The notes beneath the pieces were generated by a model. It was not told where the DNA came from. It saw only the letters and a list, made by a program, of their open reading frames with translations, and made no database searches. From positions 1,952,001 through 2,016,000 of the forward strand of contig OY970173.1 of NCBI GenBank assembly GCA_963707635.1: a stretch of 64,000 nt of DNA, given 5' to 3'. Position 1 is the first letter of the stretch. The number at the start of each line of letters is the position of its first letter. This DNA is from Candidatus Latescibacterota bacterium (GTDB lineage: Bacteria > Krumholzibacteriota > Krumholzibacteriia > WVZY01 > JAKEHA01). The position numbers and the translations under genes were made by a program. Below are positions 1-9,471 of this stretch, in pieces.

Positions 1-2247
1 GCCCGCGGCCTCCTGAAGGTGAAGCGGGGGGCGCCGCGAAACAACCGCTTCATGAAGCTGCTCCAGGAGACAGGGACGGAGAAGTTGATCGCGCGCATGG
101 AAACGGATCTGATGCGCGACAAGGTGCTGACCGAGCTGGACGAGGAGCTCTACTTCGCGGTCGACGAAAAGGCCAACACCATCAACCTGACCGAGAAGGG
201 GCGCGACGCGCTCTCCCCGGAGGACCGCGAGCAGTTCGTACTGCCCGACCTGAGCGAGCAAATCGCCGCCATCGACGCACGGGTGGACCAGCCGGCCGCC
301 GAGCGCGTGCAGGAGAAGGACCAGGCGTACCGGCACTACGCCGAGCGTTCCGAGTCGATCCACAACTTCAACCAGTTGCTGCGCGCCTATTCGCTGTTCC
401 AGAAGGACAACGAGTACGTGGTGCAGGATGGGAAGGTCCTCATCGTCGACGAGTTCACGGGGCGTCTGATGCCGGGGCGCCGCTTCTCCGAGGGACTGCA
501 CCAGGCGCTGGAGGCCAAGGAGGGCGTGCGCATCGAGGGCGAGACGCAGACGCTGGCCACCATCACGCTCCAGAACTACTTCCGCATGTACGAGAAGCTC
601 GCCGGGATGACGGGGACCGCGGAGACGGAGTCCGAAGAGTTGCACAAGATCTACAAGCTCGACGTGCAGGTGGTGCCGACCAACGAAGCGGTGCGCCGCG
701 TCGACTTCGACGACCTGGTCTACAAGACCAAGCGCGAGAAGTACAACGCGATCGTGGACGAGATCGCGCGCCTCCACGAGCTGAAGCTGCCGGTGCTGGT
801 CGGGACCATCAGCGTGGAGGTCTCCGAGACGCTGTCGCGATTCCTCAAGCGCCGGGGGATCGCACACAACGTCTTGAACGCCAAGTACCACCAGCAGGAG
901 GCCGAGATCGTCGCGCGCGCGGGCCGGTCGGGTGCGGTCACGATCGCGACCAACATGGCGGGGCGCGGCACCGACATCAAGCTCGAGGCCAGCGTGATGA
1001 AGTGCAACGAGTGCGGGATCGGCACCGGGCGCAAGGACTGGCCGAACAAGGAGGGGGGGACCGTCGACACCAACGCGTGTCTCGAGGACGTCCCCTGCGG
1101 CCTCCATATTATAGGTACCGAGAGGCACGAATCGCGCCGGATCGACCGCCAGCTCCGCGGCCGCGCCGGACGCCAGGGCGACCCCGGCTCATCGGTGTTC
1201 TTCATTTCCCTGGAGGACGACCTGATGCGCCTGTTCCGCCCGGAGCGGATCGCGGGCGTCATGGATCGCCTCGGCATCAAGGAAGGGGAGGTCATCACCC
1301 ACCCGCTGGTGACGAAGAGCATCGCCCGCTCGCAGAAGCGGGTCGAGGCGTACAACTTCGAGATCCGCAAGCGCCTGATCGAGTACGACGACGTGATGAA
1401 CAAGCAGCGCGAGGTGATCTACGGGCGGCGCAACGAGGTCATCGATGCCGCCGACCTCACCCCGATCATCCACCTCATCCTCGACGACTTCGTCGAGGCG
1501 GCGGTGGAGCGCTCCATCGACGCGTCCGAGCTGCCGGAGAATCAGAAGCGCGCCGAGTTCCTGGCCCAGATGGAGAGCATCTTTCTCCACTCCTTCGCGC
1601 TGCCGGAAGACGCGTCCGAGGCGGTCGACGCGCTGCGCGAGCACGTGCGCGAGACGGCGCGCGACGCGCTGCGGGCCCGCGAGGAGTTTCTCGCCCGCGA
1701 GTTCAACAGCCCGGAGATGGTGCGCGAGTTCGAGAAGTTCGTTCTGCTGCAGGTGATCGACGAGAAGTGGATGGACCACCTGCACGAGCTGGATTCGCTC
1801 AAGGAGGGGATTCACTACCGCGCGTACGCGCAGAAGGACCCGCTGGTGGAATACAAGCGCGAAGCCTTCGGCCTGTTCAGCGACCTGAACGAGCGCATCG
1901 ACCGCGACGCGCTGTACGCGATCTTCCACGCGCGCATCGCCGCCGCCCCGCGGCCGGTGGCCGACTTGAGCCGGGCGCGGGCCGAGCACCGCGAGGCGGC
2001 GTCGGCGATCCAGAGCGCGGCGCCGTCGGCGCCGCCGCCCGTCGAGGCGCCTGCCGGTGCTCCGAGGGCGCTGCCGGCGCGTGCTCCCGCCCCGCCGATG
2101 GGTGCCACGGAAGCGACCAGCCACGTGCTGCGCGAGCGCCCGAGCACCCAGCCGGTGGTGCGGACCGAGGAGAAAGTGGGCCGCAACGACCCCTGCCCGT
2201 GCGGGAGCGGGAAGAAGTACAAAAAGTGTTGCGGCGCAAAGGATTAG
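1..2247 (+). CDS. secA: Preprotein translocase ATPase SecA (5' part outside window)
   Basis: [39 protein letters not shown] and [25 protein letters not shown] motifs; C-terminal [22 protein letters not shown] motif. Confidence 0.99.
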   Translation, partial: ARGLLKVKRGAPRNNRFMKLLQETGTEKLIARMETDLMRDKVLTELDEELYFAVDEKANTINLTEKGRDALSPEDREQFVLPDLSEQIAAIDARVDQPAAERVQEKDQAYRHYAERSESIHNFNQLLRAYSLFQKDNEYVVQDGKVLIVDEFTGRLMPGRRFSEGLHQALEAKEGVRIEGETQTLATITLQNYFRMYEKLAGMTGTAETESEELHKIYKLDVQVVPTNEAVRRVDFDDLVYKTKREKYNAIVDEIARLHELKLPVLVGTISVEVSETLSRFLKRRGIAHNVLNAKYHQQEAEIVARAGRSGAVTIATNMAGRGTDIKLEASVMKCNECGIGTGRKDWPNKEGGTVDTNACLEDVPCGLHIIGTERHESRRIDRQLRGRAGRQGDPGSSVFFISLEDDLMRLFRPERIAGVMDRLGIKEGEVITHPLVTKSIARSQKRVEAYNFEIRKRLIEYDDVMNKQREVIYGRRNEVIDAADLTPIIHLILDDFVEAAVERSIDASELPENQKRAEFLAQMESIFLHSFALPEDASEAVDALREHVRETARDALRAREEFLAREFNSPEMVREFEKFVLLQVIDEKWMDHLHELDSLKEGIHYRAYAQKDPLVEYKREAFGLFSDLNERIDRDALYAIFHARIAAAPRPVADLSRARAEHREAASAIQSAAPSAPPPVEAPAGAPRALPARAPAPPMGATEATSHVLRERPSTQPVVRTEEKVGRNDPCPCGSGKKYKKCCGAKD

Positions 2248-2378
2248 CCGTCCGTTTCCACACCCTCCCGCCGGTTGTCCACAGAATAGAGTTGCCCTTT
2301 TTCTCACGCCCGGTATATGTTTCGAACCCCTTTTTGGGGCGAGCACGGGACTTGCGTAGTGCCGCGGCGGGGTCAACT

Positions 2379-2822
2379 ATGTGGACGAGGCTGATGGATC
2401 TGGTAGTTCTGGTGGCCGAAATGGCCCGGCACGCCGACCGTCGCCCGGTCGAGCTCGACAAGGAGCTCACGCGCCGGGGCTATTCGCCGGACGAGATCGA
2501 GCACGCGGTGTTCTGGTTTTCGTCCCGCCCGGCGCCGAGCGGCGCGGAGCGCCGCACCCGGTCGGTTCGGGTGCTGAGCGAGTTCGAACGGCTGAGCCTG
2601 TCCACCGGCGCGTACGACTACCTGTTCCGCTTGCAGAATCTAGGGATCATCGACGCGCGTCAGTTCGAAACCATCGTGGCGCGCGCCATCCCGGCCGGTG
2701 GAGACAAGGTGGATGTCGAGGACGTGAAGTCGATCGCGTACGCGGTGATCTTCGACAAGGACCCGGCCGAAATGGAAGAGGACGTGTTGGGCCGTTTCGA
2801 CGCGGATGGTGCGCCGGCCTAG
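2379..2822 (+). CDS. DUF494/Smg family protein
   Basis: ATG at 2379 within the 1002..2822 frame. ELTRRGYSPDEIEHAVFW, RVLSEFERLSLS and LFRLQNLGIID match the Smg pattern, and it lies directly upstream of topA. Confidence 0.8.
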   Translation: MWTRLMDLVVLVAEMARHADRRPVELDKELTRRGYSPDEIEHAVFWFSSRPAPSGAERRTRSVRVLSEFERLSLSTGAYDYLFRLQNLGIIDARQFETIVARAIPAGGDKVDVEDVKSIAYAVIFDKDPAEMEEDVLGRFDADGAPA

Positions 2823-2898
2823 AGGATTCGCGCCGCGGACAGAGTTTTTTTTCACGACGCAAGACTCCGATCTTGCGATTTCGTTTTATGGGGTAAGC

Positions 2899-5130
2899 AT
2901 GGCGAACAATGCGCTGGTAATCGTCGAGTCGCCCGCGAAGGCGAACACCATCAAGAAGTTCCTGGGCAAGGGCTTCAAAGTGGTGGCGTCGGTCGGGCAC
3001 GTCATGGACCTGCCGACCAACAAGCTCGGCGTGGACGTCGACAAGAATTTCGAACCGGAATACGTCGTCTCGCGCGGCAAGAAGAAGATTCTCGACCAGA
3101 TCAAGAAGGACGCCAAGAGCGCGGACGAAGTCTTCCTGGCCCTCGATCTGGACCGCGAGGGCGAGGCGATCGCGTGGCACATCCGCGAGTACATCCGCCC
3201 CGTGCAGACCAACGTCAAGCGGATCATCTTCAACGAGATCACCAAACTCGCCATCCAGGGCGCCATCAAGAACCCGATGGACGTCGACATGAAGAAGGTT
3301 GACGCGCAGCAGGCGCGGCGCATTCTCGACCGCATCGTGGGTTACAAGATCAGCCCGATCCTCTGGCAGATCTTCTACTATGGATTGAGCGCGGGGCGGG
3401 TGCAGACGGTCGGGCTGCGACTGGTATGCGAACGGGAAGGGGAGATCGAGCGGTTCGTCGCGCAGGAGTACTGGACGGTCGAAGGATTGCTGCGCACGCC
3501 GCGCGGCGCCGAGCTGCCGGTGAAGCTGGCGGAGAAGAACGGGGAGAAGCTCGAGCTGAAGAACCAGCAGGAGACCGACGCCGTCCTCGTCGACCTGCGC
3601 AAGGCGTCCTACCGGGTGACCGGGGTCGAGAAGAAAGAGCGGCGGCGCAACCCGCAGCCGCCCTACATCACCAGCACCCTGCAGCGCGACGCTGCGCGGC
3701 GACTTCGTTTTTCCGCCAAGAAGATCATGATGCTCGCCCAGCAGCTCTACGAGGGCGTCGACGTCGGCAACGGCGAGCGCGTGGGGCTGATCACGTACAT
3801 GCGCACCGACTCGGTGCGCGTCTCCGAGCAGGCGGTGGACGCGGCGCGCGCGTACATTGCCTCGTCGTACGGCGAGGGGTACCACCCCGACAAGCCCCGC
3901 GTCTACAAGACCAGCGCGAAGGCGCAGGACGCGCACGAGGCGATCCGGCCCTCGGACATCGTCCGCACGCCGGAGTCCCTCAAGGCGGTCCTTACCAAGG
4001 ACCTGCACGCGCTCTACGACCTGATCTGGCGCCGATTCGTCGCGTCGCAGATGGAGAGCGCGCGCTACGACACCACCGAGGTGCTGGTGGGCGCGGGCGC
4101 GTACACGCTCAAGGCCAACGGCCGCGTGATGACGTTCCCCGGATTCCTGAGCGTCTACGAGGAGCAGCTCCCGGACGAGGGCGGCGAGCTTCCCGCGGTC
4201 GAAGTCGACGAGGCGCTGACACTCACGTCGATCGATGGGTTGCAGCATTTCACGGAGCCGCCGCCGCGCTACACCGAGGCGACGCTCATCAAGGACCTGG
4301 AGGACAAGGGCATCGGGCGGCCGAGCACCTACGCCAACATCGTCTCCATCATCCAGGAACGGGAATACGTCGAAAAGGAAGAAGGGCGGTTGTCCCCGAC
4401 CACGCTGGGCCGCCAGGTGTGGAAGACGCTCGAGCGTTTCTTCCCGGAGGTGTTCGATACCTCGTTCACGGCCCAGATGGAGCAGGAGCTCGACCGGGTC
4501 GAAGGGGGCGAGTTCGGCTGGCAGCGGGTGGTGAAGGATTTCTACGCGCCGTTCAAGGAATCGCTCGACCACATCGACGAGAAGAAGAGCGGTCTCAAGA
4601 ACGAGCTGCAGGAACAGACCGAGGTGAAGTGCGAGAAGTGCGGGCGCAATCTCATCAAGAAATGGGGCCGCAACGGCCAGTTTCTGGCGTGCCCCGCCTA
4701 CCCGGAGTGCAAGTTCTCGCGCCCGCTCACCGAGCAGTCGCCCACCGTGCACCTGGAGGGGAAGTGCCCGAAGTGCGGCTCCAACCTGGTCGCGAAGAGC
4801 GGGCGCTATGGCCGCTTCGCGGCCTGCGAACGCTACCCCGAGTGCAAGCACACGGAAGCGTTCCCGATCGGCATGAACTGTCCGCGCCCGGGCTGCGACG
4901 GCAAGATCGTCGAAAAAGTCACCAAGCGCATGAAGGTCTTCTACGGGTGCAGCAACTACCGCACACCGGTCGAGGGACAGCCGCAGCAGGGCTGCGACTG
5001 GGCGAGCTGGGACAAGCCGATCAACGAGGAGTGCCCGAGCTGCGGCAACCCCTACCTGGTCCACAAGACCTCGAAGACGCGCGGCGATTACCTCAAGTGC
5101 CCCAAGTGCAAGGAAGAGACGGCCGGCTAG
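2899..5130 (+). CDS. topA: DNA topoisomerase I
   Basis: LVIVESPAKA TOPRIM, DLDREGEAI, SAGRVQT, LITYMRTDS (catalytic Tyr), GIGRPSTY, and four C-terminal Cys4 zinc ribbons. Confidence 0.99.
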   Translation: MANNALVIVESPAKANTIKKFLGKGFKVVASVGHVMDLPTNKLGVDVDKNFEPEYVVSRGKKKILDQIKKDAKSADEVFLALDLDREGEAIAWHIREYIRPVQTNVKRIIFNEITKLAIQGAIKNPMDVDMKKVDAQQARRILDRIVGYKISPILWQIFYYGLSAGRVQTVGLRLVCEREGEIERFVAQEYWTVEGLLRTPRGAELPVKLAEKNGEKLELKNQQETDAVLVDLRKASYRVTGVEKKERRRNPQPPYITSTLQRDAARRLRFSAKKIMMLAQQLYEGVDVGNGERVGLITYMRTDSVRVSEQAVDAARAYIASSYGEGYHPDKPRVYKTSAKAQDAHEAIRPSDIVRTPESLKAVLTKDLHALYDLIWRRFVASQMESARYDTTEVLVGAGAYTLKANGRVMTFPGFLSVYEEQLPDEGGELPAVEVDEALTLTSIDGLQHFTEPPPRYTEATLIKDLEDKGIGRPSTYANIVSIIQEREYVEKEEGRLSPTTLGRQVWKTLERFFPEVFDTSFTAQMEQELDRVEGGEFGWQRVVKDFYAPFKESLDHIDEKKSGLKNELQEQTEVKCEKCGRNLIKKWGRNGQFLACPAYPECKFSRPLTEQSPTVHLEGKCPKCGSNLVAKSGRYGRFAACERYPECKHTEAFPIGMNCPRPGCDGKIVEKVTKRMKVFYGCSNYRTPVEGQPQQGCDWASWDKPINEECPSCGNPYLVHKTSKTRGDYLKCPKCKEETAG

Positions 5131-5166
5131 CGCGCGTTCGCTCGAGCCGGCGTACGTCGATGCTCC

Positions 5167-6483
5167 ATGCGTGAAGTGACCATCGTCGGCGGCGGGCTGG
5201 CCGGCTGCGAAGCGGCGTGGCAGCTCGCCGACCGCGGGGTGGACGTGCGGTTGTGCGAGATGCGGCCGCACACGCCCACCGGCGCGCACAAGACCGACCA
5301 CCTCGCCGAAATCGTCTGCTCCAACTCGTTCAAGTCGACCCTGCTCGACACGGCTTCCGGCCTCCTCAAGGCCGAGATGGACGTGCTCGGTTGCCGGCTG
5401 CTGGAGGTCGCGCGCGCGAGCGCGGTGCCGGCCGGCCACGCGCTCGGTATCGACCGCGAGCTGTTTTCCTCCGGCGTCACCGAGGCGATCGCCCGCCACC
5501 GCCGCATCCGCGTTGAGCGCCGGCGGGTCGACTCGCTGGAGCTCGAGCCCCCGGCGGTCGTCGCGACCGGGCCGCTGACCGGCGACGCGCTGGCGCAGGC
5601 GCTGGTGGAACACTGCTCGAAGGACAATCTCTACTTCTACGACGCCATCGCGCCCTCGTTGGACGGCGACACCATCGACCCGGCGGCGGGGTACTGGGCG
5701 AGCCGGTACGGCAAGGGTGACGCGGACTACCTCAACATCCCGTTCGACCGCGAGCAGTACGCCCGCCTGATCGAGTTCATCCGCGGCGCCGAATACGCTC
5801 AGTCGCACGCCTTCGAGGAAGAGAAGTATTTCGAGGCGTGCCTGCCCATCGAGGTGCTGGTCCAGCGCGGGCCGGAGACGCTCCGCTTCGGCCCCATGAA
5901 GCCGAAGGGGCTGCCCGACCCGCGCACCGGCAGGGAGCCGCACGCGGTGCTGCAGTTGCGCCGCGAGAGCCGCGACGGCAGCCTGATGGGGCTGGTGGGA
6001 TTCCAGACCCGCATGACCTGGGCCTGCCAGAAGGAGTTCATCCGTTCGCTGCCGGGATTTTCCGACGTCAGCGTGCTGCGCTTCGGCACCATCCACCGCA
6101 ACATCTTTCTCGACATCCCGGAGCTGTGCGAACCGTACCTGCGCGATCGCCGGCGTCCGGGGCTGTTCTTCGCCGGGCAGATCTGCGGGGTGGAAGGGTA
6201 CGTCGAGTCGATCGCGAGCGCGATCGTGGCGGCGCTGGGTGTGACCGCGTGGCTCCACGACCGTCCCATGCCGCCGCTCCCGGAGGTCACGATGATCGGG
6301 GCGCTGATGCGATACGTGCACGCGCGCAGCGCGAACTTCCAGCCCATGAACGCGAACTTCGGGATTCTCCCGCCGGTTGCAAACGCACCCCGCATGAAGC
6401 AGGCCAAGCACGAGGCGAGCTCGCGGCGGGCGGTCGACGCGATGGCCGCCTACCGCAGCGAGCACGCCTGGCTGTTTTCCTGA
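5167..6483 (+). CDS. trmFO: Folate/FAD-dependent tRNA (uracil-54) methyltransferase
   Basis: IVGGGLAGCEAAWQLA, EIVCSNSF, YFYDAIAP, FGPMKPKGL, FFAGQICGVEGYVES and FQPMNANFG. Confidence 0.97.
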   Translation: MREVTIVGGGLAGCEAAWQLADRGVDVRLCEMRPHTPTGAHKTDHLAEIVCSNSFKSTLLDTASGLLKAEMDVLGCRLLEVARASAVPAGHALGIDRELFSSGVTEAIARHRRIRVERRRVDSLELEPPAVVATGPLTGDALAQALVEHCSKDNLYFYDAIAPSLDGDTIDPAAGYWASRYGKGDADYLNIPFDREQYARLIEFIRGAEYAQSHAFEEEKYFEACLPIEVLVQRGPETLRFGPMKPKGLPDPRTGREPHAVLQLRRESRDGSLMGLVGFQTRMTWACQKEFIRSLPGFSDVSVLRFGTIHRNIFLDIPELCEPYLRDRRRPGLFFAGQICGVEGYVESIASAIVAALGVTAWLHDRPMPPLPEVTMIGALMRYVHARSANFQPMNANFGILPPVANAPRMKQAKHEASSRRAVDAMAAYRSEHAWLFS

Positions 6484-6586
6484 CGCGGGTTCGCGCGGCG
6501 GTGCCACGCCTTCGACCAGATTTCGCGTGTCCGCTTCGCGGATGATTGGGTATAGTCGGGTTCGGCCAGCCCCGCTGGAGTGTATT

Positions 6587-7504
6587 GTGGACCTCGACGC
6601 CGCCATCGAACGCTTCCGAACTCACCTCGCCGACGAGCGCGCGTTGTCGCCGCGAACGGTCGAGGCGTACGCCAGCGACCTCGCGCTGCTTTCCCGTTTC
6701 CTCTGCGACCGCGACGGAGCCGCGCCGGCGGCGGGGGCGGTGTCCACGCGCGACCTGCGCGCGTTTCTGGCCGACGAAGTGGGTCGCGGGCGGTCGAGCC
6801 GCTCGATGATGCGGCGCGTGGCCGCCATCCGGGCGCTGTTCCGTTTCCTCCACGGCCGCGGCGAGCTGGAGGCGGATCCCACCCGGGAGCTGGCGCAGCG
6901 CGTCGCGCGCCGCTCAGTGCCGACCATCGTCGACGAGGAGCGCCTGCGCGACATGATGGGGCTGGCCGAAGCGACCACCGTCACCGGCCGGCGTGACCGC
7001 GCGGTGCTGGAATTCCTCTACGGGTCAGGCGTCCGCCTGCGCGAGCTGGTAGCCCTCGACGTCGGTGATTTCCTCCCGCTGTCGGACCGGGTGGTGGTGC
7101 ACGGGAAGGGCGACAAGCCGAGGGTCGTGCCGTTCGCCGGCGAGGCGCGCGCCGCGATGATTGCCTACTGGGGCGAGCGTTTCGGAATCGTGGACCCCGG
7201 GGACGCGACGCTGCGGCGGTTCGCGAAGTCTCCCGCGTTTTCGAGCGCGGTGACCCCGCGCATCAGCCCGCGAACCGTCCAGCGCATCGTCGGCCGCTAC
7301 CTGCGCCGGGTCGCGTCGGTGACGAAAGCCTCGCCGCACGTGCTGCGCCACGCCTTCGCCACCCACATGCTGGACCACGGCGCCGACCTTCGCGCGGTCC
7401 AGGAGCTGCTGGGTCACGCCAGCCTTTCGACGACGCAGATCTACACCCACGTGTCGGTCGAACACCTCAAGAAAGTCTATCGCAAGGCCCACCCACGGGC
7501 GTGA
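6587..7504 (+). CDS. xerC: Tyrosine recombinase XerC
   Basis: GTG start after GGAG. Catalytic set LYGSGVR, GKGDK, HVLRH, LLGHASLSTTQIY; ends KAHPRA; follows topA-trmFO. XerC rather than XerD is assigned from synteny and motif similarity. Confidence 0.88.
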   Translation: MDLDAAIERFRTHLADERALSPRTVEAYASDLALLSRFLCDRDGAAPAAGAVSTRDLRAFLADEVGRGRSSRSMMRRVAAIRALFRFLHGRGELEADPTRELAQRVARRSVPTIVDEERLRDMMGLAEATTVTGRRDRAVLEFLYGSGVRLRELVALDVGDFLPLSDRVVVHGKGDKPRVVPFAGEARAAMIAYWGERFGIVDPGDATLRRFAKSPAFSSAVTPRISPRTVQRIVGRYLRRVASVTKASPHVLRHAFATHMLDHGADLRAVQELLGHASLSTTQIYTHVSVEHLKKVYRKAHPRA

Positions 7505-7526
7505 ACGAAGACGAAGGCAGGATCGC

Positions 7527-8630
7527 TTGATTGACATCGCGGGTCATTGGCGGCGTCGCGCGCGCGTCCTCTCGGCGTGGGCCGCCGCCGCGCTCGCGGT
7601 GGCCTGTGCGGTGCAGGAACCGCCCTCCGGCGGCCCCGAGGACCGCACGGCGCCGACGGTGGCGGCGACGATTCCGGCCCGGGACTCCACCGGCGTCGAC
7701 CCGGCCAGCGACATCGCGATCGCCTTCAGCGAAGACATGACGCGGGCGCGGGTCGAGCGGCTGGTGAGCGCGGAGCCGCCGATCGCGCCGGGCTCGGTGC
7801 GCTGGAACGACCGCACGCTGGTGATTCACCCCGAAGGCGGCCTCCAGCGCGACACCACCTATGTCGTGCGCGTGAAGTCCGGCTTCCGGGACCGCCACGG
7901 GGTTCCGGGCACCGACGAGTACCAGTTTGCGTTTGCCACCGGCGCGGTGCTCGACACCGCCCGCATCGAGGGGGCCGTGTTCTTCAAGAAGGAACCGTCC
8001 GCGAAGGCGTTGGTGCGCGCGTTTCGCATCCCGCGCGACTCGGCGTTCACCGCCGAAGCCGCGCGCCCGGATCGCGAGACGCCGACCGCGCACGACGGCC
8101 GTTACGCGTTGCGTTACCTGCCGTCGCACGGCGCCCGGTTCGTGGTGATGGCGTTTGTCGACGTAAACGGCAACGGGACCTTCGAGCGCGCCACCGAGCC
8201 GTTCACGGTGGTTCCGGACACGGTCGTGCTCGCCTCGGAGCACCCGGTGGTGACCGGTCTCCAGATCACGATCATCGATCCAGCCGAACCGGGACGGGTG
8301 CACGGGGTGGTGGTGAACGAGTCCGGCATCGATTCGGTGCGCGCGACCGTCGGCCTGTACGCGAGCGAGGACTCGTCGCGCGCGCGTCACATCGCCGTCT
8401 GCGGCGCCGACGGATCGTTCGCCGTGGAGCAAGCGCGTCCGGGCGAATACGTCGTGCGCGCGTTCCTGGACCTGCGCGCGGACAGCCTGTGCGGCGACTA
8501 CCCGTGCCCCGGCGACAGCGCGCGCGCGTGCCCGGAACCGTGCGCGCGGCTCGCCGGGGTCTTGACGGTCAGGCCGGGGGCGGCGGTCGAAGTTCCGCGT
8601 CTGGTGTTGCGACGTCGGGAGGAACCGTGA
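7527..8630 (+). CDS. Lipoprotein with Ig-like (Big_5) domain
   Basis: Lipobox LAVAC followed by AVQEPPSGGPEDRTAPTV, then IAFSEDM and LQRDTTYVVRV; typical of Big_5 lipoproteins. Confidence 0.75.
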   Translation: MIDIAGHWRRRARVLSAWAAAALAVACAVQEPPSGGPEDRTAPTVAATIPARDSTGVDPASDIAIAFSEDMTRARVERLVSAEPPIAPGSVRWNDRTLVIHPEGGLQRDTTYVVRVKSGFRDRHGVPGTDEYQFAFATGAVLDTARIEGAVFFKKEPSAKALVRAFRIPRDSAFTAEAARPDRETPTAHDGRYALRYLPSHGARFVVMAFVDVNGNGTFERATEPFTVVPDTVVLASEHPVVTGLQITIIDPAEPGRVHGVVVNESGIDSVRATVGLYASEDSSRARHIAVCGADGSFAVEQARPGEYVVRAFLDLRADSLCGDYPCPGDSARACPEPCARLAGVLTVRPGAAVEVPRLVLRRREEP

Positions 8631-9454
8631 GAATCGAATTCTGGAAGGTCAACGGAGCGGCCAACGATTTCGTCGTCATCGACAACCGCGACGGTGCGCT
8701 GTCTCTGACCGGCGAACAGGTGGAGTGGCTGTGCGACCGGCGCCGCGGCGTGGGCGCGGACGGGTTGATTCTGATCGAGAAGCGCGCCGGCTTCGATTTC
8801 CACATGGGCTTCTACAACAGCGACGGCAGCCCGGCGGAGATGTGCGGAAACGGTGCCCGGTGTTCCGCCCACGTGGCGGTGGCACTGGGCGAAGGACAAC
8901 GGCGCGACGATTCCGTCCAGGTTCGCTTCATGACCGGCTCCGGACCGATCGACGCCCGCGTGCGGGGCAATCGCGTGTCCATGTCGATGATGGACGCGCG
9001 GGCGATGCGGCGCGACGTGCCGGTGCGGCTTGCGCCCCGGGGCGCGCCGGTGCATTTTATGATCGTCGGCACCCGCCACGCGGTGGTACCCCTCCCCGAC
9101 GTGTCCACCCTTACGCCCGAGGAAGTCGTCGAGTATGGCCGCACACTCCGGAACGACCCCGCCTTCGCCCCGGAAGGGACCAACGTGAACTTCTGTTCCA
9201 TCGCGACCGACGGTCGCGTCCACCTGCGCACGTACGAAAAGGGTGTCGAAGCCGAGACATTCGCGTGCGGGACGGGTTCCATCGCCTCCGCCGTGCTCTA
9301 CGCCCACGAGGGCCGGCTCGCGAGCCCGGTGCGTGTCATGCAACGCAGCGGCGACGAGCTCACGGTGAGCTTCGAACCGGGGCCGGAGGGCGCGCGGCAC
9401 GTCCAGCTCGAAGGCCCGGTGGCCGTCAACTTCCGGGGCTGGACCGACGTCTGA
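8627..9454 (+). CDS. dapF: Diaminopimelate epimerase
   Basis: GTGA overlap start. FWKVNGAANDFV, GVGADG, NSDGSPAEMCGNGARC and RTYEKGVEAETFACGTG, with both catalytic Cys present. Confidence 0.97.
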   Translation: MRIEFWKVNGAANDFVVIDNRDGALSLTGEQVEWLCDRRRGVGADGLILIEKRAGFDFHMGFYNSDGSPAEMCGNGARCSAHVAVALGEGQRRDDSVQVRFMTGSGPIDARVRGNRVSMSMMDARAMRRDVPVRLAPRGAPVHFMIVGTRHAVVPLPDVSTLTPEEVVEYGRTLRNDPAFAPEGTNVNFCSIATDGRVHLRTYEKGVEAETFACGTGSIASAVLYAHEGRLASPVRVMQRSGDELTVSFEPGPEGARHVQLEGPVAVNFRGWTDV

Positions 9455-9471
9455 CCGGCGTTCTGCTCCCG

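Noticed and set aside
2647..6606. Very long antisense or alternate-frame ORFs (1319 aa here; also 19907-23803, 28721-31018, 44358-46241)
   Set aside because: They shadow well-supported genes and have no recognisable motifs; long stop-free frames are expected in high-GC DNA.
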